Shown: piece after piece, positions 21,916 through 31,990 of the stretch | How positions within the stretch are numbered: the stretch's first letter is position 1 | Layout of the letters: every line of letters begins with the position of its first letter | Source of the DNA: Armatimonadota bacterium | Lineage (GTDB): Bacteria > Sysuimicrobiota > Sysuimicrobiia > Sysuimicrobiales > Humicultoraceae | NCBI GenBank assembly: GCA_037443365.1 | Contig: JBBIOM010000004.1 | Location: 56,272 to 120,271 of the forward strand | DNA length: 64,000 nt | Direction of reading: 5' to 3' | Translations under genes and position numbers: made by a program | The notes under the pieces: model-generated | Told to the model about the DNA's origin: nothing | The model's input: the letters and a program-made list of their open reading frames with translations, nothing else | Database searches by the model: none

Positions 21916-23169
21916 CTAGGACGCTGGCTTCTCCACGGCCTGCGCTGCCACGTCGCCGGCGGTGAGCAACAGCGGCCCCTTCCTGTACAGCACCGCCTCC
22001 TCGGTCACGAGACAGCGCCGGACGTCCCCCCTGGACGGGATCTCGAACATTATGTCAAGCATCGTCTCCTCTATCACCGTGCGCAGTCCCCTGGCGCCGG
22101 TATGCCGCGTCATCGTCTCGCGGGCTATGGCGCGCAGCGCCTCGTCGGTAAACTCCAGGTCAACACCGTCCATCTCGAAGATGCGCTGGTACTGGCGCAC
22201 GAGCGAGTTCTTGGGCTCGACCAGCACGGCCACCAGGTCGGACTCATCGAGGGGATCCAGGGGCACGATCACGGGCAGCCGTCCGATGAACTCGGGAATC
22301 AACCCGTACCGCAGCAGGTCCTGGGGCATGATCTGCCTGAGGAGCTCGGCCAGGTGCTGCTTGCTGCGCGGCTCGACCTGGGCCCCGAACCCCATGCTGG
22401 TCTGCCGGACGCGCGATTCGATAATGCGCTCGAGGCTCTCGAAGGCGCCGCCGCAGATGAAGAGGACGTTGCTTGTGTCGATCTGGAGGAACTCCTGGTG
22501 CGGGTGCTTCCTCCCCCCCTGGGGTGGGACGTTGGCTGTAGTGCCCTCGAGGATCTTGAGCAGGGCCTGCTGCACGCCCTCGCCGGACACATCGCGCGTG
22601 ATCGAGGGGTTCTCGCTCTTGCGCGCGATCTTGTCCACCTCGTCTATGTAGATGATCCCTCGCTCGGCCTTCCTGATGTCCCCGTCAGCAGCCTGGATCA
22701 GGCGAAGCAGGATGTTCTCAACATCCTCTCCGACGTACCCGGCCTCGGTCAGCGACGTCGCGTCGGCAATGGCAAACGGGACGTCGAGAATCCTGGCCAG
22801 GGTCTGCGCCAGCAGCGTCTTGCCGCAACCCGTGGGCCCTATCAGGAGGATGTTGGACTTCGCCAGCTCCACCTCGCAGGGGCGGCGGTTGCCCACGCGC
22901 TTGTAGTGGTTGTAGACCGCTACCGAGAGCGCCTTCTTGGCGCGGTCCTGCCCGACGACGTACTGGTTCAGGGCCTGGTGGATCTCGCGGGGCTTGGGGG
23001 TTGGGCGGGCGGTCGGCCGCCGTTCCTCGCCGGCCAGTTCCTCCTCGACGATCTCGTTGCACAGCTCGATGCACTCGTCGCAGATGCAGACCCCGGGTCC
23101 GGCCACGAGCCTGCGCACCTGGTCCTGGGTCTTCGCGCAGAAGGAGCAAACCATCCTGGACGAACTCAT
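21916..23169 (-). CDS. clpX: ClpX ATPase
   Basis: CSFC...CICDEC zinc finger, [21 protein letters not shown] loop. Confidence 0.97.
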   Translation of the reverse strand: MSSSRMVCSFCAKTQDQVRRLVAGPGVCICDECIELCNEIVEEELAGEERRPTARPTPKPREIHQALNQYVVGQDRAKKALSVAVYNHYKRVGNRRPCEVELAKSNILLIGPTGCGKTLLAQTLARILDVPFAIADATSLTEAGYVGEDVENILLRLIQAADGDIRKAERGIIYIDEVDKIARKSENPSITRDVSGEGVQQALLKILEGTTANVPPQGGRKHPHQEFLQIDTSNVLFICGGAFESLERIIESRVRQTSMGFGAQVEPRSKQHLAELLRQIMPQDLLRYGLIPEFIGRLPVIVPLDPLDESDLVAVLVEPKNSLVRQYQRIFEMDGVDLEFTDEALRAIARETMTRHTGARGLRTVIEETMLDIMFEIPSRGDVRRCLVTEEAVLYRKGPLLLTAGDVAAQAVEKPAS

Positions 23170-23771
23170 CAGCGCTTGTCCTTCGCCCGTTCGCGCGGAA
23201 GGATGACGTCGTCAATGATACCGTACTCCCTGGCGTCCTCGGCGCTCATCCAGAAGTTACGGTCGGTGTCTCGCTCGATCCGCTCCAGCGGCTGGCCTGT
23301 GTGGTGCGAGAGGATCTCGTTCATCAACGAGCGCATCTTCAGGAACTCCCTGGCCTGGATGTCTATGTCCGAGGTCGTGCCCTGGGCTCCCCCCCACGGC
23401 TGATGGATCATGATGCGCGAGTACGGCAGCGAAGATCGCTTGCCCTTGGTGCCGCCCGCCAGGACGACGGCTCCGCCGCTGGCGGCCAGCCCGACGCAGA
23501 TCGTGGCGATGTCGGGCCGGACGTACTGCATCGTGTCGTATATCGCCAGGGAGGCGATCAGGTCGCCGCCCGGGCTGTTGACGTAGAGCATGATGTCCTT
23601 GTCGGGGTCCTCCCCCTCCAGGTAGAGGAGCTGGGCGATCACCAGGTTGGCCACGTCGTCGTCAATGCCGCCGCCCAGGAAGATGATGCGCTCCTTGAGC
23701 AGGCGTGAGTATATGTCGTAGGCGCGTTCTCCACGCGGCGTCTGCTCGACAACCATCGGGATCAGGGTCAT
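23169..23771 (-). CDS. clpP: ClpP protease subunit (Asn at the catalytic Asp position)
   Basis: [47 protein letters not shown]. Confidence 0.95.
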   Translation of the reverse strand: MTLIPMVVEQTPRGERAYDIYSRLLKERIIFLGGGIDDDVANLVIAQLLYLEGEDPDKDIMLYVNSPGGDLIASLAIYDTMQYVRPDIATICVGLAASGGAVVLAGGTKGKRSSLPYSRIMIHQPWGGAQGTTSDIDIQAREFLKMRSLMNEILSHHTGQPLERIERDTDRNFWMSAEDAREYGIIDDVILPRERAKDKR

Positions 23772-25033
23772 GCGGTCTCCCGTCCTTCCTCGGCCCTGGC
23801 GCGCTCGATCAGGGTGGCCACCGTCTTGCGGCGACGCAGCATCGCGATCATGGTCTCGCGCCGCCCCTCGGAAGCCAGCCACTCCCTGACCCGCCCGAGG
23901 TCCCAGCCCAACTCGTGCGCGACCTTCTCCTCCTCGACCGCTATCTCCTCTTGCGTGGGCTCAGCGCCCTCGCGTCGCGCGATCTCGTCCAGCACGTGCC
24001 GCAGACGCAGCCGGCCCTCGGCTCGCGGGCGCAGCTCCTCGCGCAGACCGGCCATGTCCTTCTCCGCGGTCTGCAGGTAGCGGTCCAAGGAGTACCCCCG
24101 CCTCTGCAGCGATTCCCGGAGATCGGCGACCAGATGCTCGATCTCGCGTTCCACAAAGCTGGTCGGCAGCTCGACAGAGGCGCCCTCCACCACCCTTGTC
24201 AGGACCTGCTCTTCGTAGGCCGCGCGGGCCTGGGCCTCTGCCTCGGCCTGAAGACGGCTGCGAATGCGGTCGCGCAGCTCCTCGACCGTGGCAGCATCGC
24301 CCACGGACCGCGCGAAGGCCTCGTCGAGAGCCGGGAGCTCCCGCCGCTTGACGTCGGCAACCGTGGCCACGAGACGCCCTGTCTCGCCGACGATCGCCGA
24401 GCGCTCATCTCCGGCGGCAGCGCCAACCAGCGCCTCCTCCACTTCAGCGGGGAAGACGCCGGCGCCCAGTTCGACCAGCACCTCGCGGCCGGCCTGGAAC
24501 CGATCAGTTCCCTCCACGACCGTCGGCCGGATCAGGACGAAGTCGCCGGCCGCGGCCCGGGCACCGGGGGCGGATACCAGGCGTCCGCGTCGTCGGCGCA
24601 ACTCCTCTATGGCCGCGTCAACCTGCCCCTCGGCCAGGACCGGCGGATCGAAGGGAACCCGCACCTGCGCGTAGGCGCCCGGGTCTGCCTCCGGGTATAT
24701 GTCCACGCTGACCACGAAGCGCAGGGGTTCCTCTTCTTCGAGCCGTGGGGCCGAGATCTCTGGCCTGGAAACAGGCACCACCCCTACCTCCGCAACCGCC
24801 CTGGGATAGGCGGACTCAACAAGGATCGCAATCGCCTCCTCGTAGAGCTCGTCGCGGCCCACGTACCGCTCCAGCATCGCGCGCGGGGTCTTGCCCTTGC
24901 GGAAGCCAGGTACCTTTACGCGCCCGGCCAAGCGCGCCGTCGCCGCGCGCACCGCCGCGGTGACCTCCTCGGCCGGAATCTCGACATCGAGCACGGCGCG
25001 GCTAGGCGGCTCGCGCCTCCAATCCACCTTCAT
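23768..25033 (-). CDS. tig: Trigger factor
   Basis: [10 protein letters not shown] ribosome-binding motif; tig-clpP-clpX-lon synteny. Confidence 0.93.
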   Translation of the reverse strand: MKVDWRREPPSRAVLDVEIPAEEVTAAVRAATARLAGRVKVPGFRKGKTPRAMLERYVGRDELYEEAIAILVESAYPRAVAEVGVVPVSRPEISAPRLEEEEPLRFVVSVDIYPEADPGAYAQVRVPFDPPVLAEGQVDAAIEELRRRRGRLVSAPGARAAAGDFVLIRPTVVEGTDRFQAGREVLVELGAGVFPAEVEEALVGAAAGDERSAIVGETGRLVATVADVKRRELPALDEAFARSVGDAATVEELRDRIRSRLQAEAEAQARAAYEEQVLTRVVEGASVELPTSFVEREIEHLVADLRESLQRRGYSLDRYLQTAEKDMAGLREELRPRAEGRLRLRHVLDEIARREGAEPTQEEIAVEEEKVAHELGWDLGRVREWLASEGRRETMIAMLRRRKTVATLIERARAEEGRETA

Positions 25034-25066
25034 CACAGACCTCCTGGCCGGTGCACGGGGTTCGAT

Positions 25067-25153
25067 TGGTGCGGGCGGAGGGACTCGAACCCCCACCGGC
25101 TTGCGCCGACCAGATCCTAAGTCTGGCGCCTATGCCAGTTCGGCTACGCCCGC
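25067..25153 (-). tRNA. tRNA-Leu(TAG)
   Basis: GCGGGCGTAGCCGAACTGG...CCAGACTTAGGATCTGG, long variable arm, GGTTCGAGTCC, encoded CCA. Confidence 0.95.
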
Positions 25154-25178
25154 GGAGGAATCATGCCTTCTTCGACCG

Positions 25179-25254
<76 letters not shown>

Positions 25255-25326
25255 ACGATCGTACCCGATCTATTATACCGGAGCCGTCCGCCCTGTCCAG
25301 GCCACGCGAGCACGCCGCGCGTACGA

Positions 25327-26460
25327 TCACGGGCAGTGCAGCCGCGTCAACTGCGGGTGGCGCTCGGTGATCAACTTGCGGTAGATGTCGTTGACCTCAC
25401 CGTAGCGGCGCTGCGCCAGGTCGTCGTCGTAGATCGTCTTGATCGGGCGCTCGAAGAATGACCGCATGCCGCAAAAGGTCGCGGCCGCCTCGGCCGGGGA
25501 GCCCGGCGGGCCCTCCATCCTGAACCTGGGCAGGATCGGGAACAACCCGTGCCCTACGAGGCCACGCTGCCCATCGTCCGACAGCAGGTACTGCAGGAAT
25601 GCCCTGGCGGCGCGCGGGGAACGCGCGCCGGCGATCACGGCCGTGGGCGCCGGGGAGATCCACGCGTACGGAGGGCTCGCAAAACGCAGATCGTACCCGG
25701 CCAGCACCTCCTGAAACGCCATGTAGCTCAGCACGCCGAAGCCCACCGCGAACTCCCCCCGCGCCACGAAGGTGGGTACGTCTCGGCTGCGCGTGACGAA
25801 GAGGCCGGTGTTGGCCCCCACGCGTTGAGCCCACTCCCAGCCCCTCTGCCAGCCACGCAGCTGGAGAATCACCTCCAGCGACGCGTGGTGCGAGCCCGAG
25901 CGGTCAGGGGTGGTCTGGACGATCTGCCCCTTCAGGCGGCAGTCCGTCAGGTCGTCCCACCCTGCCGGAGGGTCGGCGCCGATGCGGCGCATGAGCCGTG
26001 GGTGGTGGACGATGCCGGCCGCGGTCAGGGCCGTGCCCACCCAGACGCCGCCCTCGTGCCGCAGCGGTATCGCACGGGGTTCACCGATGCGCGCCGGGAT
26101 CTCCCGGACCACGCCGTCGGGCATCTCGTGCGGTAAGAGCAGGCGGCGGTCGGCCAGGTCGTCGAGCAGTTCGGCCTCGCCCGCCCACAGCAGGTCGGCT
26201 TCGGGGCGGCCCTTCCACTCGATTATGCGCGCGTAGGCCGCAGGCGATCCCGAGGAGACGATGATCGGCCGCAGCGGATTCCCGAACCGTCGCCGCGCGT
26301 GCTCGGCGAAGCGCTCCGCCGTGGCATCGGCCACCTCGCGCGGTATGGGCGTAATGATGACCAGGCGGTCTTCTATCAGGGCTTGCCCGGCGCCCGGTCC
26401 GGGGGCGAGGGCAACGAGCACGGCGATTGCTACGGACAGGCTGAGCGCACGTCGCGACAT
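25327..26460 (-). CDS. ABC substrate-binding protein (Fe3+/AfuA/thiamine-like family), paralog of 58018-59154
   Basis: Signal peptide, PEADLLWAGE, WDDL, TPDRSGS, VARGEFAVG, LSDDGQ. Confidence 0.85.
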   Translation of the reverse strand: MSRRALSLSVAIAVLVALAPGPGAGQALIEDRLVIITPIPREVADATAERFAEHARRRFGNPLRPIIVSSGSPAAYARIIEWKGRPEADLLWAGEAELLDDLADRRLLLPHEMPDGVVREIPARIGEPRAIPLRHEGGVWVGTALTAAGIVHHPRLMRRIGADPPAGWDDLTDCRLKGQIVQTTPDRSGSHHASLEVILQLRGWQRGWEWAQRVGANTGLFVTRSRDVPTFVARGEFAVGFGVLSYMAFQEVLAGYDLRFASPPYAWISPAPTAVIAGARSPRAARAFLQYLLSDDGQRGLVGHGLFPILPRFRMEGPPGSPAEAAATFCGMRSFFERPIKTIYDDDLAQRRYGEVNDIYRKLITERHPQLTRLHCP

Positions 26461-26552
26461 CGTCCTTGCTCCTTTGCGGCGCAAAGCAAGAGACGCCCGA
26501 CTGTGGGCGTCCCTGGGGCCTGCCGAACGCGCCAGACTACCGCGGCCACCAC

Positions 26553-26592
26553 CTCATACGGGCTGTACCGTCGACCCCGGAATTCCACCGGG
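26553..26592 (-). ncRNA. 3' half (P5-P6) of an FMN-riboswitch-like aptamer
   Basis: CCCGGTGGAATTCCGGGGTCGACGGTACAGCCCGTATGAG resembles the RFN 3' consensus CCGGTGNAANTCCGGNGCCGACGGTNANAGTCCGGATG. No 5' half is present. Confidence 0.55.
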
Positions 26593-26600
26593 CCACGCCC

Positions 26601-26629
26601 AGCATACGACCTCCCGGGGCGCCTGGCAA
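26601..26629 (-). promoter_or_regulatory. Sigma70-type promoter for the SBP gene
   Basis: TTGCCA-17 nt-TATGCT on the minus strand. Confidence 0.6.
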
Positions 26630-26651
26630 CCACCTGGCAGCGGCGCTCGCC

Positions 26652-27509
26652 CTACTTATCGGACTCCACCAGGCCCTTCACGAACCAGCGTTGCATGATG
26701 ACGACCACCGCGACCGGCGGCAGCATCGCCATCACCGCCGTGGCCATGATGAGGTTCCAGTCGTTCTGCGCGTCCCCCACGCCTATCATCTTGGTAATGC
26801 CGATAACAATGGTGTTCATCTCCTTGCTGGTCGTGATCAGCAGCGGCCAGAGGTACTGGTTCCAACCGTAGATGAACAGGATGACGAAGAGCGCGGCGAT
26901 GGTAGTGGTGGACAACGGCATCAGGATGCTCCAGAAGAACCGCATAGGGCCCGCGCCATCCATCTTCGCCGCGTCCACCAGCTCGTCGGGAACGGTCAAG
27001 AAGAACTGCCGGAAGATGAGCGTGGCGGTTGCTGAAGCGACAAGGGGCACGATCAACCCCTGGTACGTGTTGAGCATGCCGAGGTTGGAAATCACGGCGT
27101 AGGTGGGGATGATGCGCACTTCGACCGGCAGCATCAGCGTGATGAAGATCATCCAGAAGAAGAACATGCGGAGCGGAAAGGCGAAGAACGCAACGGCGAA
27201 CGCCGAGATGATCGAGATGGTGATCTTACCGGTCGCGATCACAAGCCCCATGATCAGGCTGTTCAGCAGCATGCGCCGGACCGGCGCCGCGCCCTTGACC
27301 CGTGTCCCCTCGCCCGAAGTCCACGCCTGGCTGTAGTTCTCGATCGCATGCGGTCCGGGCCGGAGCGGCATCTCGCCGCGCGCGATGGTCCCCACGTCGT
27401 ACGTCGAGCCCATGAGCGCGACGAAGACGGGAAACACGAAGATCGCAACCCCCAGGAGCAGGATCAGGTGCGCCTGCCAGCCCCTGCCGAAGCGCGACGC
27501 CCGAACCAT
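26652..27509 (-). CDS. ugpE: sn-glycerol-3-phosphate ABC permease UgpE
   Basis: FITLMLPVEVRI, ASATAT, DAAKMDGAGP, FIYGWNQYLWP, MQRWFVKGL. Confidence 0.92.
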   Translation of the reverse strand: MVRASRFGRGWQAHLILLLGVAIFVFPVFVALMGSTYDVGTIARGEMPLRPGPHAIENYSQAWTSGEGTRVKGAAPVRRMLLNSLIMGLVIATGKITISIISAFAVAFFAFPLRMFFFWMIFITLMLPVEVRIIPTYAVISNLGMLNTYQGLIVPLVASATATLIFRQFFLTVPDELVDAAKMDGAGPMRFFWSILMPLSTTTIAALFVILFIYGWNQYLWPLLITTSKEMNTIVIGITKMIGVGDAQNDWNLIMATAVMAMLPPVAVVVIMQRWFVKGLVESDK

Positions 27510-28390
27510 CAGTAGTGCACCCTCCGTTCGATGTATCGGAACTGCATGGCGGTCAGGGTGATTACAACCAGCAAGAGGATCACCGACTGCGCCGAGGAGC
27601 CACCGAGATCGAGGTTGACGACGCCGTCCACGTAGACCTTGTAGATCAAGGTCTCGGTGGCCTTGGCGGGACCGCCACGCGTGAGCGAGTGGATCACGCC
27701 GAATGTGTCAAAGAAGGCGAATATCACGTTGACGACGATCAGGAAGAACGTCGTCGGGGAGAGCAGCGGGAAGATGACCTTCCAGAACCGCTGCCGGGGC
27801 GTAGCCCCGTCCACCGAGGCGGCCTCGAGCACTGACCGTGGAATTGATTGCAGTCCCGCCAGGAAGAAGATGAAGTTGTAGCTGACCTGCTTCCATGCGG
27901 CCGCCAGGATGACCAGCAACAGCGCATGGGTGCCGTTGAGCGTGTAGTCCCAGTGGATGCCAACCTGGTTGAGCGTCCGCCCCAGGATGCCGATCGTCGG
28001 GTGGAAGATGAACAACCACAGCGACGCGGCCACGGCGGGGGCCACCGCGTAAGGCCAAATCAGGAGGGTCTTGTAGACGCCGGCGCCGCGGATGGGTTTG
28101 TCGGCGGTCACTGCCAGTAGCAACCCCGAGCCCATCGCCAGCAGGATCACCGCCCCCGAGAACAAGATAGTGTTCCCCACGGCCTGCAGGTAGGCGTCGT
28201 CGCTGAGAACGTACGCGAAGTTCTCGAACCACACAAACGCCGTGCGCGTGCCAAACGGGTTCTGCCGCAGCAGCGACTGGGCGACGGCCTGACCGGCTGG
28301 CCAGAAGAAGAACACGATGGTAATCGCCAGCTGGGGCGCCAGGAGGACGTAGGGCAGGACCTTGTTGTTGAAGATCGAGCGCTTGGTCAT
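27509..28390 (-). CDS. ugpA: sn-glycerol-3-phosphate ABC permease UgpA
   Basis: [48 protein letters not shown]. Confidence 0.92.
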   Translation of the reverse strand: MTKRSIFNNKVLPYVLLAPQLAITIVFFFWPAGQAVAQSLLRQNPFGTRTAFVWFENFAYVLSDDAYLQAVGNTILFSGAVILLAMGSGLLLAVTADKPIRGAGVYKTLLIWPYAVAPAVAASLWLFIFHPTIGILGRTLNQVGIHWDYTLNGTHALLLVILAAAWKQVSYNFIFFLAGLQSIPRSVLEAASVDGATPRQRFWKVIFPLLSPTTFFLIVVNVIFAFFDTFGVIHSLTRGGPAKATETLIYKVYVDGVVNLDLGGSSAQSVILLLVVITLTAMQFRYIERRVHY

Positions 28391-28403
28391 CGCATGCTTA
28401 CAG

Positions 28404-28450
28404 GCTCAGACCCGGCCTCACCGCGCGACACGGGGAGTCCGGGTCTGAGT
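28404..28450. terminator. Intercistronic hairpin after ugpB
   Basis: GCTCAGACCCGG ... CCGGGTCTGAGT inverted repeat between ugpB and ugpA. Confidence 0.45.
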
Positions 28451-28474
28451 CCATGGTCTGGTTGCGCGCCTCAC

Positions 28475-29854
28475 CTACGGGGCGTTGGCCCGCTCAAAAC
28501 GTCGCAGGACCTCGTTGCTGCGGCGGGTCGCGGCGTCCATCGCCTGCTTCGCCGTCTGCGTCCCCTGAAACGCCTTCTCCCACTCCTCGTAGAAGATCAC
28601 CCGGATCTCAGGCATGTTCCCCAACCGCAGCCCCATGGTGTTCCGAGTAGGCCGCGACCTGGTCAGCTGCTTGAACGGGATGTCCGCGCCGGGGTTCGCC
28701 TGCCAGTACCCCAGTGCCTGGACGAGCGTCATGCCCGGGAAGGTGATCGGCACGAACCCGGTCTCCATGTGCCACTTGGCAACGATCTCGGGCTGGCTGA
28801 TGAACTTGAAGAACTCTGCCACGGCCTTGTACTCGTCGGCGGTCCGCCGCGGGCTGGTCATGGCCCAGAACGACGCGCCGCCGATGATCGAGTTCTTGGG
28901 CGCACCCTTCACGTCGTCGTAATAGGGGAGGTAGGTCACACCCCACGAGAACTTCGCCTCGCGGATCACCCGTGCGCGCAGCCCGGACGAGCCATGGATG
29001 ATGGCGCACTCGCCCGAGGGGAACAGCGCGTCGCCTGCGGAGTCGCGGCCGCCGTACTTAAACGTTCCCTCGCGGTGCATGTCCATCAGGGTCTGAAGGT
29101 GCCGGACGTGGAGCGGGCTATTAGTCTGCATCGCGGTGTCCATGCCCTCGAACCCGTTCATCTTCGTCGCCAGCGGCACATCGTGGATGGCGCTGAAGTT
29201 CTCGAGGTTCGTCCACGTTGGCCACGCCATGGTGAACCCGCAGGGAGCGGCGTTGGTCTGCCTGATGCGCGTCGCGGCGGCCCGCAGCTCGGCCCAGGTC
29301 TGCGGCGGCTTCTCCGGATCCAGGCCCGCCCGCCGGAAGGCGTCCTTGTTGTAGAACGTGATCGGGGTCGAGCTGTTGAACGGCATCGAGATCATCTTGC
29401 CGTCCGATGAGCTGTAGTAGCCCCGCACCGCCGGCAGGTAGATGCTCGGGTCGAAGGAAACACCGGCCTCCTTGAACAGCTGGTGGACCGGCTTGATGGC
29501 GCCCTGGGCAGCCATCATCGTGGCCGTCCCTACCTCGAACATCTGAACGATGTGGGGCGCGTTCCCCGCGCGGAACGCGGCGATAGCCGCCTGCATCGTC
29601 TCGGGGTACGCCCCCTTGAAGGCCGGGTTCACGCGGTACTTCGTCTGCGAGTTGTTGAAGTCAAAGGCGATGCCCTCGAGGATGTCCCCCAGCGGCCGTG
29701 TGAGGCCGTACCAGAAGTCCACTGTGACGCGCCCTCCGGGCACTTGCGCGACCAACGTCGGGGAGAAACCCGCCCCGGCCGGGAGCGATCCGGCAAACGT
29801 CCCGCCGCTGACCAGCGCGAGGACGAGGATGATTCCCATCAGCACTCTATTCAT
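28475..29854 (-). CDS. ugpB: sn-glycerol-3-phosphate ABC substrate-binding protein UgpB
   Basis: IAAFRAGNAPHIVQMFEVGTATMM, PFNSSTP, NSIIGGASFW. Confidence 0.92.
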   Translation of the reverse strand: MNRVLMGIILVLALVSGGTFAGSLPAGAGFSPTLVAQVPGGRVTVDFWYGLTRPLGDILEGIAFDFNNSQTKYRVNPAFKGAYPETMQAAIAAFRAGNAPHIVQMFEVGTATMMAAQGAIKPVHQLFKEAGVSFDPSIYLPAVRGYYSSSDGKMISMPFNSSTPITFYNKDAFRRAGLDPEKPPQTWAELRAAATRIRQTNAAPCGFTMAWPTWTNLENFSAIHDVPLATKMNGFEGMDTAMQTNSPLHVRHLQTLMDMHREGTFKYGGRDSAGDALFPSGECAIIHGSSGLRARVIREAKFSWGVTYLPYYDDVKGAPKNSIIGGASFWAMTSPRRTADEYKAVAEFFKFISQPEIVAKWHMETGFVPITFPGMTLVQALGYWQANPGADIPFKQLTRSRPTRNTMGLRLGNMPEIRVIFYEEWEKAFQGTQTAKQAMDAATRRSNEVLRRFERANAP

Positions 29855-29921
29855 TACCCGTCGCCTCCTGTGATAGTTGTAGGTGCCTTGTTCGCCCGGC
29901 GACCGCATCTTACCTTCAGGC

Positions 29922-30944
29922 TCAGGTGCGCAGCTCGGGCGTCTTGTGCCGCTTCAGGATCTCGATCGTCTCGGAAATTGGCAGCGCCGGCATCACATGC
30001 CCGTGGCGGCCCGTCGTGGTCTCGGCTGCGAACAGCGCGTCCAGGATCGCCTCCTCGGATGCCTCCACCGCCGCGCGGAAGAGCAGGTTCAAGGCGTCGC
30101 GCCCCTGGGGCTCCTGGCGCGGGCTGGTCGAAAACGCCACTGCCAGGTCGCCGCTGGTATGTCCGCTGATGGCGCCGGTGCGGGCCATGCCCATGAAGCA
30201 CCGCCAGGCGATCCGGCGCAAATCCAGCGCCGAGAGCGGGGCGTCGGTGGCGACGACAAAGACACACGAGCCGCGCTCGGACGGCTGGGCCACGGCGGTC
30301 AGCTCGCGTCCCACGGCCACCCCGTTCACTATCAGGTCGCCGGGGAACCCGAAGTTGGGCACCGCAAGGACGCCGAGGATGAAGCCGGGCCCGGCCAGCA
30401 CGCGCGAGGCGCTCCCAACCCCAGACTTGAAGCCCTGGCATCGCATTCCAACGCCGGCGCCCACGCAGCCCACCTCGACCGCTCCGTCCCTGGCCGCGGC
30501 AATCGCTGCCAGCACGTGGCCCTCTCCCACGGCGCGCGCAGGGGCGTCGCTCAGGTAGCCGTCGAAGCACTCGAGCACAACCGGGTTGACCGTCTCCTTG
30601 GTACCTATCTGTGGGTCTTGCCCAATCATGTAGGTGATCAGCGCGTCGGCCACGCGTGGCACGTTCAGGGTGCTCGTGAGCAGAATCGGCGTCTCGATCG
30701 TGCCCAGCTCATCAACCTGCATGAGGCCGACCGACTTGCCGTAGCCGTTGAGCACGGCTGCGGATGCGGTCACCTTCGTGCCGTAGAGGTCCCCCGCGCG
30801 CGGCACCACGGCCGTGACACCCGTCCGAAGGTTGCCGGTTCGCAGCGAGGCGTGTCCCACGCGCACCCCGGGGACGTCGGTAATGCCCGAGTTCGGCCCA
30901 GGGGGCAGGACGCCAATGTTGATGAACTGCCTGACGCGCGGCAT
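29922..30944 (-). CDS. P1/DmpA-family aminopeptidase
   Basis: ITDVPGVRVGH, NGYGKSVG, VGAGVGM, GS cleavage site GSCVFVVATDAP, SGD. Confidence 0.88.
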   Translation of the reverse strand: MPRVRQFINIGVLPPGPNSGITDVPGVRVGHASLRTGNLRTGVTAVVPRAGDLYGTKVTASAAVLNGYGKSVGLMQVDELGTIETPILLTSTLNVPRVADALITYMIGQDPQIGTKETVNPVVLECFDGYLSDAPARAVGEGHVLAAIAAARDGAVEVGCVGAGVGMRCQGFKSGVGSASRVLAGPGFILGVLAVPNFGFPGDLIVNGVAVGRELTAVAQPSERGSCVFVVATDAPLSALDLRRIAWRCFMGMARTGAISGHTSGDLAVAFSTSPRQEPQGRDALNLLFRAAVEASEEAILDALFAAETTTGRHGHVMPALPISETIEILKRHKTPELRT

Positions 30945-30963
30945 CAGGACGCCGCGGCTCCTG

Positions 30964-31956
30964 TCACGCCCTCCACCCCTGCAGCGCGCGCACGTAGTTC
31001 CCTCTCTCGAATGCCCCGGGGTCTGGGCAGCGGGCCAGGCTCATGCTTCCGCGCATCTGGCGAATCGACTCGTACTCGTGCGCCTCCATCCAGGACTCGG
31101 CCTCTGTGCGCACGGTGCGGAGGTGCTGCGGACCGCGCGCCAAGAGGGCCGAGACCATCTGCACCGCGTCCGCCCCGGCCATTATGGCCTTGATGGCGTC
31201 GGTGGCGGTGTGGACCCCTCCGCTGGCGGCCAGCGACGCCCGGGTGTTTCCGAACAGAACCGCAAGCCACCGCAGGCGCAGCAGCAGCTCGGAGCTCGTG
31301 GACAGCTCCAGGCGCGGAACCGCCTCCAACTGCTCCACGTCGATGTCAGGCTGATAGAAGCGATTGAAGAGAACCAGCCCATCGGCGCCGGCCGCCGTCA
31401 GATCGTCTGCCAGGTTTGCCACGGATGAGTAGAACGGAGACAACTTCACCGCCAACGGCACAGTGGCAACCTGCTTCACCGAGCGCACTATGTTCAGGAC
31501 GTGTTGCTCGACGGCGCCCCCGGTCTCCCGCGGATCGGTGGCGACGAAGTAGACATTGAGCTCGATGGCATCCGCGCCCGCCTGCTGGATGTGGCGCGCG
31601 TATTCGATCCATCCCCCAAGGGTGGACGCGTTCAGCGAGGCGATGACAGGAACGCCAACCGCGGCCTTGACGCGGGCCACCTGCTCCAGGTACTGCTCGG
31701 GGCCGAGCGCGTACTCGCCGGGACGTGGGAAGTAGGAGAGCGCCTCGGCGAAGGATTCGGCGTGCGCCTCGATGTGGTGGGTCGCCGTGAACCGCTCCTG
31801 GTCTATCTGCTCCTCGAACAGGGAGTGCATGACGATCGCGGCCGCGCCCGCATCCTCGAGGCGCCTTACCGCGTCCAGATCGTGCGCCAAGGGTGAGGCG
31901 CCGGGCATGAACGGATGCGGGAGATCTAGCCCCAGGTAGGTTGTGGAGAGATCCAC
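30964..31956 (-). CDS. Dihydroorotate dehydrogenase-like flavoprotein
   Basis: DLSTTYLGL, SLFEEQI, ELNVY, AVKLSP, LFNRFYQPD, FERGNY; GTG start inferred. Confidence 0.85.
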   Translation of the reverse strand: MDLSTTYLGLDLPHPFMPGASPLAHDLDAVRRLEDAGAAAIVMHSLFEEQIDQERFTATHHIEAHAESFAEALSYFPRPGEYALGPEQYLEQVARVKAAVGVPVIASLNASTLGGWIEYARHIQQAGADAIELNVYFVATDPRETGGAVEQHVLNIVRSVKQVATVPLAVKLSPFYSSVANLADDLTAAGADGLVLFNRFYQPDIDVEQLEAVPRLELSTSSELLLRLRWLAVLFGNTRASLAASGGVHTATDAIKAIMAGADAVQMVSALLARGPQHLRTVRTEAESWMEAHEYESIRQMRGSMSLARCPDPGAFERGNYVRALQGWRA

Positions 31957-31990
31957 TACGCCACCCCCATTCGCGCTCTCGCCAGACCTC

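Noticed and set aside
25327-25335. TGA after ...LHCP as a second Sec codon
   Set aside because: The paralog ends at the same residue with TAG, so this is a true stop.
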